DNA from: Bacteroidota bacterium
GTDB taxonomy: Bacteria; Bacteroidota; Bacteroidia; Chitinophagales; JADIYW01
Assembly (NCBI GenBank): GCA_016705125.1
Contig: JADIYW010000036.1
Span: forward strand, 147,195-211,194
DNA: 64,000 bases
Direction of reading: 5' to 3'
Shown: in pieces, positions 31,702-40,608 of the stretch
Layout: each line of letters starts with the position of its first letter
Numbering within the stretch: position 1 is the first letter of the stretch
The notes under the pieces: model-generated
What the model was told of the DNA's origin: nothing
Databases searched by the model: none
The model's input: only the letters and a program-made list of their open reading frames with translations
Program-made: the position numbers and the translations under genes

Positions 31702-32426
31702 TTACCAATCCTTTCCGTTTTTGCCATTTTGTTGTGCCTCCGCATTTCCCTTATATAGTTTTTGTTGAACCTTTTGTTCTTCATTTTTAGGGCTTGCATG
31801 AGTCGCTTCTCCTGCTCTTTATTCATCTTTTGTTGAGGTGTTTCCTTTTCCTTTTGTCATCCTGCTTATCCTTTTTTGCTCTTCCTTTTTGTCTTGATTT
31901 TCCTTGTCTTCGATCCTTTTTTCTTTATCCTTTTGTCTTGGTTTTCCCTTTCTTTTATCTTTTTATCTTGATTCTTTTTATCTTTTTCGTCCTCCTTAGA
32001 TTTCTTTTGTAATCTTTCATAGTCAAAATAAGGTTATACCGAGTGTTTTGATCATTGGGAATCAATTTTAAAGCCGATTTATAAGCAGTTATCGCATTCT
32101 GAAAATCTTTTGATGGTAATAGCATTTCCCCAAATTATGAAATGCCCTTCCTCGATGTGTTAAATCATTCAATCGAATAGTTGCAAGAGTAAAACTACCA
32201 ATTGCATTTTTGTAATCTTTTAATTTATATAATGCAACACCATAATTATTTAAACCAATCGCATTTACAGAGTCCAATTCCAACGCACTTTTGTAATGTT
32301 GTGCAGCGAGTTTGTAATCCTTTTCCTTATAAAATTGATTGCCATTCTTTAAATATTTCAAAATGGCATTTTCTTTCTTATTGCCAAATAATCCAAAAAA
32401 CAAAAACAAACAAAAATTACCCTCAT
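31702..32426 (-). pseudogene. batC: BatC-like TPR protein with K/D/E/Q-rich tail ending ...KDW, frameshifted
   Basis: The TPR fragment is ORF 32089..32409. Later parts (...DFQNAITAYKSALKLIPNDQNTRYNL..., a low-complexity KDK/QDK region, then MNKEQEKRLMQALKNEEQKVQQKL...GKDW and stop at 31702..31704) lie in other frames. Confidence 0.6.
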
Positions 32427-33451
32427 TTCTATTTTTTCTTTTAAACGATTTAAAATGTAGGTATTCAACGATTTGCCAAAGAATGAAAGCATTAAAAAGA
32501 ATAAACCTATTCCAATAAAATATTGGAATTTGCTTACATAGTCAAGGAATAATTTTTCCTTGTACTTTCGTTTCTCCTGTTTGTCAATTGCATCAACAAC
32601 CGCTTTTTTAGTGTTTTTTCTTCCTGTTAAGTGAAATATTCACCGCCACCAGCTTTGGCTATTTCCTTTAATTTTTTCATTTATAATAGAAATTACTTCC
32701 TTTCCATTTTCATCCTTTTAAACTCTATAAAATTATTGTTATCATCATACTCTGGAATTGTGCTTCCTTTCGTTTCTCCTACACCGATAGTGTAAATTCT
32801 TGTTCCATTTTTTAAAAGCTGCCTTTGCCTTTTTAAGCGCTTCTTTATTAAAAGTTTCTCCATCCGAAATTAATAATAAGGTTTTAAAATTTTTATCTCC
32901 ACTTACAAATGCATGCTCTGACACGTCAATGGCAGCTCCAATATCGGTTCCTTGGTTCTGAATTAGGGAGGGAACTGCATTTTCTAAATACATATTAAAT
33001 GCACTATAATCAACGGTTAGCGGCATTTGCAAATAAGCATTTCCCGCAAATACAACAAAACCGACACGATGTCCATGAAACTGATCTATTATGCTAGAAA
33101 CCAACGCCTTTGCCCGTTCAAGTCTGTTAGGTTTAATATCTTCCGCCATCATACTTTTGAAATATCTAAGGCAATTATCACATCAACACCTGTATTGGCA
33201 ATCGTTGATTCTTTTTACCCATTCGAGGATTTGCTAATCCTAAAATAAAAAATATAAGAGCAAGTAGAAACAAAATTGTCCTTATAAATAAGGTTTTATC
33301 TTTTTTCCAATAAATAGATTCTCACCAAATCTTTGTCACCAATAGCCTCTAATTTCAAACGCTGTCTTCGCAAAAAATCGAAAGACACCCACCATAGTAT
33401 TGGAATTAACCAAAGAAGTACAAAATATGCCGGTTTTTCGAATTGCATCAT
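32427..33451 (-). pseudogene. batB: BatB-like von Willebrand factor A (vWA) membrane protein, frameshifted
   Basis: The N-terminus MMQFEKPAYFVLLWLIPILW starts at 33451. The vWA core is in ORF 32745..33152 (...RVGFVVFAGNAYLQMPLT...LLLISDGE). The C-terminal TM segment is in a further frame. The 3' boundary is approximate. Confidence 0.6.
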
Positions 33452-34422
33452 AGTGTATTTGGTAAAAGATATTTTAATTAAAAACAATAAAATCAAACAA
33501 AAATACCCAAACCCACAAAAGGAAAAAAATAATTCTTCTTTTGTTCATAGCTTTCCATTTTAATTTTAGATTTTTCTAGATTGTCGATATTGTGATATAT
33601 TTCTTAAGCTTATTGCCATCAGTTGCTCTAAAATATTTTCCATTAGTTGATTCAGCCACTTTTTTTAAAAGTTCTTCATCTATTTGCACATCCATTTTTC
33701 TATAATATATTTCCCCAAAAGCGTCCATTTCAGGATAAAGTGCTTTTCCCTTCGAACCTATACCAATGGTATATACCCTTACTCCGTTTGATTTTGCTAA
33801 TTCTATCGCCGAAATAGGATCGATATATCCTGCATTATTAATTCCATCCGTCATCAAAATCACTACTTTGCTTTTCGCTTTGCTATCCACTAAGCGGGTA
33901 CTGCAGTAGCCAAACCCATACCAATAGCGGTGCCATCATCCACTATCCTACTTTGTATATTTCGAAATAAGTTTATCAATACATCATGGTCGGTTGTAAT
34001 GGGACACTGGGTAAAACTTTCGCCAGCAAAAACAACCAATCCAATTCTATCATTTTGGTCGGCCGGCGATAAAACTTTTTAGCCACCTGTTTAGCTGCTT
34101 CCAACCTGTCAGGTTTAAAATCTTTAGCCAACATACTACTAGAAATATCGAGAGACAGCACAATATCAATGCCTTCTGAATTTACACTATTGCCACTCAT
34201 CGATTTTTGCGGCCTTGCCAAGGCGATTACCATCAACACAAAAGCCATTAACCATAGGACATCGTGTATTTTCAACAACTTAAATTTCCAGCTACTAGTA
34301 TCACTTTGAAATTGTTTTATATTCGATAATTTTAGCTGAATTCCACTTGTTGCTTTGGTTTTATTTAATTTATATAAATAAAAAGCACTAAAATAAGCAA
34401 CAGAAAAACCATGGATGGGCAA
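33452..34422 (-). pseudogene. batA: BatA-like vWA membrane protein, multiple frameshifts
   Basis: ORF 33976..34422 contains ...ALARPQ...EGIDIVLSLDISSSMLAKDFKPDRLEAAK. ORF 33576..33890 contains KVVILMTDGINNAG...VYTIGIG. The intervening DRIGLVVFAGESFTQCP-type segment is recoverable only by switching frames. Boundaries are approximate. Confidence 0.65.
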
Positions 34423-34440
34423 AACTAAAATTACTAAACA

Positions 34441-35343
34441 CTTTGATTCTCATTTAAGTCGTTAATAAATTTAATTCCATCGGTAATTATCGATAGATGA
34501 TACTCTTCTTCAGGTAATGCTTTTGCAAATTTTACTTTATCAGACAAATTCAATAATCCTTTAATTCTTCCAAGTTATTTTGACCAAAACCTCTTTTTTC
34601 AAAATCAAACAATATATCTGTTGAAGACCGTTCAATTGTTTTTATTGACTTCGCCTCTTTTAGATATATTCTTATAATATCCGATACTTGAGTATAAAAA
34701 TATTTCTCCCCTTTTGTAAGCCACGATTTTTCAATAGACAATGCTTCAAATGCATTAATTGCTTTTTGATAAGGAGAAATTAAAATTGAATCTTTTTTAG
34801 ATTCTATTTTAACTGATTTTTTTCTAATCGTAATAAAATAAACGATTACAGCCATTATTGAAAAAATAATTAAGCCCAATAAAACCCATTTTACCCATCC
34901 GTATTTAGGCATTTCAACACCAATTGGCGATTTTATTACTTTCAATCCTTTGGTTGTGTCTACCGAATTGTCCCTATAAAAACAGGTATTTTGTTTGTTT
35001 TTAGATAACTAGAAGAAGAATCATTTGTTTGTGAAAAATTAAAAGACGGAATTTCTTGCCATCCTGTATCATAGCAAGTAAGAATTACTCTTTGTGTGTA
35101 TTTATTAAAATTACCCTGAATGCTTGTATCTATTTTATCCAAATAAACGGTATCAAAACTTGTGTTATTCATTTTAAAATCCGTCCAAGTCAATGACTCA
35201 TTTTTTGGCACTTCGGCCGTAAAGGTAAGTGTTATCCAGTCTGCAATAAGGTGATTAGCGGTATCCAACTTTACCCTAATCGTTTGACTATCTACCATTA
35301 AGGGTATCATTATCAAAAATAATATGGCGTACAATTTAATCAA
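34441..35343 (-). pseudogene. Conserved Bat-operon membrane protein (between DUF58 and batA), at least 2 frameshifts
   Basis: ORFs 34960..35343 (signal peptide) and 34550..34945 (central TM), plus a C-terminal tail LNLSDKVKFAKALPEEEY... in a third frame that ends at TAG 34441..34443. Confidence 0.5.
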
Positions 35344-36247
35344 ACCCTATTTTTGAAAAATTTAATTAATGGTTTTATATAATCTTCTTTAGTAGAAATG
35401 GAAATGGTATCTGCTCCGGCCTTTAAAAATGCATTTTTAAACAAATTAGTGTTGAAAATGAACTGCTTATGATAGTCATATCTTGTTTGAGCATTTGAAG
35501 TATCTATCCATCTTTTTTGACCAGACTCCACATCTAAAATTTCGATTAGGCCAACATCTGGAAGTGTTGCATCTATAGGGTCAAATACTTGAATCCCTAT
35601 CATATCATGTTTTCTTTTAGAATGCGTTAATTGTTTTTCAAAATCAGATGTAAGAAAGTCTGATAAAATAAATACAATGCTTTTTTCTTCACCACATTAT
35701 TTAAAAACTCTAAAGAATTTGCCAAATTGGTTGTCGTTCCTTTGCTTTCGATATTTAACAACTCTCTTATAATCAACAAAATATGTCCTTTCCCTTTTTT
35801 CGGAGGAATATATTTTTCAACTTTATCGCTAAATAACAATAAACCAACTTTGTCATTATTTGCAATTGCTGAAAAAGATAAAACAGCACACAATTCGGTA
35901 ATAAGTTGATTCTTTTGTCTACGAATAGAGCCTAAAAAAGAGAAGCACTTATATCTACCATCAAAACAACGGTTAGTTCTCTTTCCTCCTCAAAAACTTT
36001 AACAAAAGGCGAATTTAATCGGGCAGTTACATTCCAATCGATGTTTTTTATGTCATCACCAAAGGCATAATCTCTTACCTCACTAAAAGACATGCCTTTT
36101 CCCTTAAATGCAGTATGATATTCGCCTGCAAATAAATGATTAGACAATCCTTTAGATTTTATCTCAATCTTTCTTACGCCCTTTAAAAGTTCTTTAAATC
36201 CACTAATAAATTTTAATAATGCAACAAATACAACGATTACAGTCCAT
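35340..36247 (-). pseudogene. DUF58-family protein (MoxR-associated), fragmented
   Basis: Three fragments: 35932..36147 (GEYHTAFKGKGMSFSEVRDYAFGDDIKNIDWNVTAR), 35627..35893 and 35340..35603. The ATG at 36247 is in yet another frame. Confidence 0.7.
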
Positions 36248-36248
36248 A

Positions 36249-37239
36249 TTAAGGCACATTTACCTTGTTTAGAATTTGAGAAATAATATCATCACTATTT
36301 ATATTTTCTGCTTCAGCTTCATAAGTAATCCCTATTCTATGGCGAAGCACATCATAGCAAATAGCACGAACATCTTCTGGAATTACGAAACCTCTTTTTT
36401 GCATAAATGCATGCGCCTTTGCTGCCATAGCTAAATTTATAGAAGCACGTGGCGAACCACCATAGCTTATTAGGGGCATTAAATCTTTCAATCCATAATT
36501 TTCTGGCCTACGACTACAAAAACCAAATGCAATATATACTGTTCAATTTTTTCATCCATATACACTTTTTTACCAAAGTTCTTGCGGCAATTAATTGTTT
36601 AGCATTTACTACAGGATTTATTTTACTTTCTATACCCAAAACATTTTGTCTCATAATTTGTCGCTCTTCTTCAAACTCTGGATAGCTAATTTTTATTTTT
36701 AGCATAAACCTATCCACCTGAGCTTCAGGCAAAGGATAAGTTCCCTCTTGTTCGATTGGATTTTGAGTGGCCATAACCATAAAAGGTTCTTCTAACTTAA
36801 AAGTTTCATTACCAATAGTAATTACCTTTTCTTGCATAGCTTGCAATAATGCACTTTGTACTTTGGCTGGAGCTCGGTTTATTTCGTCTGCTAAAATAAA
36901 ATTTGAAAATATAGGTCCTTTTCTAACTTCGAAATTACCCTTTCCTTGATTATAAATCATGGTGCCAATAATATCAGCAGGCAATAAATCTGGGGTAAAC
37001 TGAATTCTACTAAAACCAACAGAAACAGCATCTGAGAGTGATTTAATGGCTAAAGTTTTGGCCAATCCGGGTACGCCTTCCAATAAAATATGGCCCTGAC
37101 ATAATAGTGCCAACAAAAGTCTATCGGTCATGTATTTCTGACCAATAATATTTTTTCCAACTTCCTCCTTTATTAAATCTAAAAAACTACTCTCTTGTTT
37201 TATTTGATCATTTAAGATTCCAATTTCTATATTGTCCAT
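36249..37239 (-). pseudogene. moxR: MoxR-family AAA+ ATPase, 2 frameshifts near the C-terminal third
   Basis: ORF 36514..37239 has Walker A (GVPGLAKT) and Walker B (LADEINRA). The C-terminus is ORF 36249..36491. The joining segment VKKVYMDEKIEQYILHLVF needs a frame change at an A6 run (plus-strand T6 at 36566..36571) and another about 50 nt later. Confidence 0.85.
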
Positions 37240-37367
37240 AATTCCAGAATTTTAGGTTGCGAAATTACATTTTTAAAAAAATAGTCTGAGAATCATTTGG
37301 TTAAAAAATGTTAGATAATCCAAAACAAATTGTTTAATTTTATTGTTTAAAATTCAAAATCATATAT

Positions 37368-38762
37368 ATGAAAATCAAATCTTTACTCCTAATCGTTATT
37401 TTTTGTTTTTTGCAAAAAGAAATTTCTGCTCAAGCAAGTTCCAAAATTTTAAAAATTGACAAAAGACTCCGGTCTTTTATCGTTTATAAACCATCAAATT
37501 ATAGCGAAGGAATGCCTTTGGTGCTAAATTTACATGGCTTTACCTTAACAGGAAGTGCCCAAATGTCGTATACCAATTTCAATAGATTTGCTGATTCCGT
37601 GGGTTGCATGGTTGTTTACCCAACAGGCATTCAGAAAAGATGGGGTGCTGGCACTTTTATGGGCGTCGATAACAAGGTTGATGATGTGAGCTTTTTGGGT
37701 CAATTGATCGATTATATGGCCATTAATTATGCAGTTGATTTAACAAGAGTATATTCAATTGGATATTCGGCTGGGGGATTTATGAGTTATAGATTAGCCT
37801 GTGATTTATCTGGTAGAATTGCTGCAATTAGTCCAGTTGCATCGAGCATGACTCAAGAAGTATTTAGCGATTGCAATCCAACAAGACGTATTCCGATATT
37901 GTGTATGAATGGCACTAGCGACCCAGTGGTAAGTTATTATGGTATTCCGGGGCAATTTCCATCTACAAAAAAAGTTGTTGAATTTTGGACTAAAGATAAT
38001 TTATGCGACCCAATTGTAATTGAAGATACCTTACCAAACCTTGCTGTAAATGACAATAGCAGAGTAACTAAAACAGTTTATCTGGGTTGTGGTGCGAATG
38101 CCCCATTTGAGTTTTATAAAATACTTTATGGCGGTCATACCTGGCCAGGAGCTAAGCCTTTTGGAATATTAGGCAATACCAATCAGGACATCAACGCAAA
38201 CAAAATAATATGGGATTTCTTATCGCAATACGATATTCCTCAAGAAATGGTTTGCGTCAAACCTAGCAATTTATCCAGCAATATCAACGACTGCAGCGCT
38301 ATTCTATCATGGAATTCTGTAGGAGGCACAACAGGTTATCGAATTTCAATTATAGACAATACTGCTAAAGAAATGAAGATATATCAATCAAATACTAATT
38401 CACTTTCTATTCCTACAATTAGTGGCAACAATTACAGTTGGGGAGTTGCAGCCAATTGTGATGGCAATTTTTTCAACTTAGCTGAAGGCCCTTCTTTTAA
38501 TTCATGTGGAAATGGGATTTCAAATAAACTAGCAAAAGACAATTCTTTTAACTTGTTTCCAAACCCAACACGAGACATATTGTATTTTCAATTTGACAAA
38601 ATAATCGGTAATGAATTGGTTCAAATCGTTGATATTGTTGGGCGAAACATAAAAGAATTCAATTTAATCGAAGGACAAAATCAAATTCTTGTTGCTGATT
38701 TAGAAGTTGGAATGTATTTTATCAAAACTTCCTTTGGAAGTTTTGGATTTGTTAAGCAATAA
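37368..38762 (+). CDS. Secreted esterase of the PHB-depolymerase/LpqC family with a T9SS C-terminal sorting domain
   Basis: 464-aa intact ORF with a signal peptide, LNLHGF..., a GYSAGG nucleophile elbow and a middle Fn3-like segment. The C-terminal FNLFPNPTRDILYFQF...VGMYFIKT... matches the type-A Por secretion tail. Confidence 0.8.
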   Translation: MKIKSLLLIVIFCFLQKEISAQASSKILKIDKRLRSFIVYKPSNYSEGMPLVLNLHGFTLTGSAQMSYTNFNRFADSVGCMVVYPTGIQKRWGAGTFMGVDNKVDDVSFLGQLIDYMAINYAVDLTRVYSIGYSAGGFMSYRLACDLSGRIAAISPVASSMTQEVFSDCNPTRRIPILCMNGTSDPVVSYYGIPGQFPSTKKVVEFWTKDNLCDPIVIEDTLPNLAVNDNSRVTKTVYLGCGANAPFEFYKILYGGHTWPGAKPFGILGNTNQDINANKIIWDFLSQYDIPQEMVCVKPSNLSSNINDCSAILSWNSVGGTTGYRISIIDNTAKEMKIYQSNTNSLSIPTISGNNYSWGVAANCDGNFFNLAEGPSFNSCGNGISNKLAKDNSFNLFPNPTRDILYFQFDKIIGNELVQIVDIVGRNIKEFNLIEGQNQILVADLEVGMYFIKTSFGSFGFVKQ

Positions 38763-38793
38763 AAAAAGTCATGCATAAATACATGACTTTTTT
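38761..38793. terminator. Bidirectional rho-independent terminator (A7, then GTCATG-N8-CATGAC, then T6)
   Basis: A perfect 6-bp stem flanked by an A-run and a T-run. It lies directly after the esterase stop on the plus strand and 3 nt after the tRNA-like gene on the minus strand. Confidence 0.7.
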
Positions 38794-38796
38794 AAG

Positions 38797-38951
38797 CTGT
38801 AAGGGAAGGAGTCGAACCTCCAAAGAGCGATTAGGAATCAGACAAAAGTTGGTGGTCAACCCCTGCCCATTAAAGGGCTCTATCCAATCTTTATTTCGTG
38901 ATCTCCACCCCCGAGACAAGAGGGCATGGCTGCCAGTTTCATCACCTCACA
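38797..38951 (-). ncRNA. Unclassified 155-nt tRNA-like RNA (acceptor, D-like, anticodon-like GUC and T arms) with an ~86-nt insertion between the anticodon arm and the T arm
   Basis: A GC-enriched island in an AT-rich spacer. The acceptor pairs UGUGAGG (38951-38945) with CCUUACA (38804-38798). The anticodon-like arm is CCCUC-UUGUCUC-GGGGG (38924-38908). The T arm is GGAGG-UUCGACU-CCUUC (38821-38805). It has its own promoter and terminator. It is not a canonical tRNA and no known family was recognised. Confidence 0.5.
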
Positions 38952-38966
38952 ATAATAAGAACGCCA

Positions 38967-38997
38967 CAAAGGTAATGAATATATCTATTTCTTGCAA
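38967..38997 (-). promoter_or_regulatory. Bacteroidota-type promoter TTG-N20-TACCTTTG for the tRNA-like RNA
   Basis: On the minus strand, TTG (38997-38995), a 20-nt spacer, then TACCTTTG (38974-38967). The -7 box ends 15 nt upstream of the first acceptor nucleotide. Confidence 0.45.
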
Positions 38998-39106
38998 TAT
39001 GCTTAATAAATATTTAATATTATTATCATAAATTCAAAAATAAAAGAACATTGTTGACAAAAAGAAAAAATTAAGGACTAAAAAGCAGAATAATTTTGCG
39101 AATAAA

Positions 39107-39520
39107 TCAATGTGGCAATTTATCCTTTAACAAACCATAGCAAAAGGTACCCAATAATGCACCAGCCAAAACCACCAAAAAAGGATAAAAACCAGCGCCT
39201 ATTAAAATAAATATTGGACCTGGACATGCACCAACCAAAGCCCAGCCTAATCCAAAAATAATACCACCAATAATATACCGTTTCCAGCCTTTTTCTTTTT
39301 CTTCTACTATAATTTCATTGCCATCTATTGATTTAAGTCGAATACGTTTAATTATTTGAATAAAAATAATCCCGAGCACCACTGCGCTTCCTATAATGCC
39401 ATACATGTGAAAAGATTCAAAACGAAACATCTCATATATTCTATACCATGACAAAACTTCTGCTTTTGTTAAAATTACCCCAAACAAGAATCCAAGTAAA
39501 AGAAATTTAAAATACTTCAT
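39107..39520 (-). CDS. YeeE/YedE-family sulfur-compound transport protein (small half)
   Basis: 137-aa polytopic protein. GACPGP and GxxxG-rich helices are typical of the YeeE/YedE (DUF395) family. Confidence 0.75.
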   Translation of the reverse strand: MKYFKFLLLGFLFGVILTKAEVLSWYRIYEMFRFESFHMYGIIGSAVVLGIIFIQIIKRIRLKSIDGNEIIVEEKEKGWKRYIIGGIIFGLGWALVGACPGPIFILIGAGFYPFLVVLAGALLGTFCYGLLKDKLPH

Positions 39521-39521
39521 T

Positions 39522-40067
39522 TTAAAAAATAAATGGGATGATGAAATGAGTCATAATCAGGCCTCCTATAAAAAAGCCAATTACAGCAATTAATGATGGC
39601 AACTGTAAATTGGATAAACCACTAATAGCATGTCCTGAGGTACACCCATTAGCATACCTTGTTCCAAAGCCAATTAAAAAACCTCCAACTAATAAAATTA
39701 AAATGCCTTTTATTGATTTTAATCCATCTAAGATAAAAGAAGGTAAGTAGTTATTTTGATCAATACCAATTTCTTTTAAGGCTTCATTGGTTTTAGCCGA
39801 TAATAAAATATCATGAGTTTCCGTTAAATAATTATATGCAAAAAATCCTCCAAGTATAGTACCTAAAACAAAAACAAGGTTCCAAATATCTTGTTTCCAA
39901 TCAAAATTAAAAAAAGAAGAAAATTTTCCGGCACCACCGATGGCACACATGGTTCTTAAATTTGAACTAAGCCCAAATTTTTTCCCAAAATATAATAACA
40001 AAAACAAAATAACACTAATGGCAGGACCAGCAACATACCAAGGCCAAGGAGAAAGTAAAAATTCCAT
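39522..40067 (-). CDS. YeeE/YedE-family sulfur-compound transport protein (large half)
   Basis: 181-aa polytopic protein with an NGCTSGH motif. Its stop is 1 nt from the start of the next gene. Confidence 0.75.
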   Translation of the reverse strand: MEFLLSPWPWYVAGPAISVILFLLLYFGKKFGLSSNLRTMCAIGGAGKFSSFFNFDWKQDIWNLVFVLGTILGGFFAYNYLTETHDILLSAKTNEALKEIGIDQNNYLPSFILDGLKSIKGILILLVGGFLIGFGTRYANGCTSGHAISGLSNLQLPSLIAVIGFFIGGLIMTHFIIPFIF

Positions 40068-40070
40068 AAT

Positions 40071-40379
40071 TTAATAATAAATTTCCCAAGCTAGCATACC
40101 GCCTTTCAAATTAAACAACTTTGAAAAACCATTATTCGCCATAAATGCACAAGCTTTTCCGCTTCTATTGCCACTCCTACAATACATGAAATAGGATTTA
40201 TCCTTATCCAATTCCATAATTTTATCAGGAAAATTTGGACTAAAGGCATTGATCAAAATATGCCCTTCAATTGAGTTTTCAGCTTCTTCATCCGGTGTTC
40301 TAACGTCAATTAATATAGCATCATTTGTTGACTCCAGCAATTCTTTAAATTCTTCAGGCTCTAAATCTTCGTACATTTT
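40071..40379 (-). CDS. Rhodanese-domain sulfurtransferase
   Basis: Contains LIDVRTPDE and the active-site loop CRSGNRS. The start is set at the internal ATG (MYEDLEPEEF), and the longer tracked N-terminus looks non-coding. Confidence 0.8.
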   Translation of the reverse strand, partial: KMYEDLEPEEFKELLESTNDAILIDVRTPDEEAENSIEGHILINAFSPNFPDKIMELDKDKSYFMYCRSGNRSGKACAFMANNGFSKLFNLKGGMLAWEIYY

Positions 40380-40608
40380 AAAATATTTATAGTATAAAAA
40401 TACAATTATATTTAAAAAACAGTCTTTAAATATAAAGCATAAAGCAAAGTTTAACAAATTTAAAATAAAATAAAATTATTAGTCGTTCATTTTCAACTAT
40501 TAGCAAAAATAAGACATTAAAAAATTCAACCAAAACTCAAAAAAAACTTTTAAATGCATTAAAAATTAAAATAAAATCATACCTTAGAAAATAAGAATTT
40601 AGAGTTTA

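Noticed and set aside
31794-32012. Short CT-rich direct repeats (cttttgtcttg-type units) and the 72-aa plus-strand ORF, considered as a tandem-repeat or CRISPR-like element
   Set aside because: The repeats are irregular and have no unique spacers. On the minus strand they encode the K/D/E/Q-rich low-complexity linker typical of BatC-like proteins. The plus-strand ORF is its antisense artefact.
38797-38951. tmRNA (ssrA), suggested by the GGTTCGACTCC T-arm next to a 3' acceptor strand that closes a large internal region
   Set aside because: The 5' end is UGUGAGG, not GGGGC. There is no G3:U70 alanine identity pair, no recognisable tag reading frame ending in ...ALAA plus stop, and no P2 helix or pseudoknots. 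At 155 nt it is far below the tmRNA size I remember. It also has a closed anticodon-like hairpin, which tmRNA lacks.
38797-39030. SRP (4.5S) RNA, RNase P RNA, 6S RNA or tRNA-Sec as the identity of the GC-rich island
   Set aside because: The diagnostic strings are absent. There is no GGAAGCAGC-type SRP domain IV, and no GAGGAAAGTCCGGGC or ACAGAACCCGGCTTA RNase P motifs. There is no extended 5'/3' duplex with a central bubble for 6S RNA. For tRNA-Sec there is no UCA anticodon and no 8-bp acceptor with a 6-bp D-stem.
38771-39031. Tracked 86-aa plus-strand ORF (MHKYMTFLSCKGRSRTS...)
   Set aside because: It starts inside the terminator hairpin and runs antisense across the structured RNA gene. 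It has an R/S/P/C-rich composition unlike the rest of the proteome and no promoter. I treat it as spurious.
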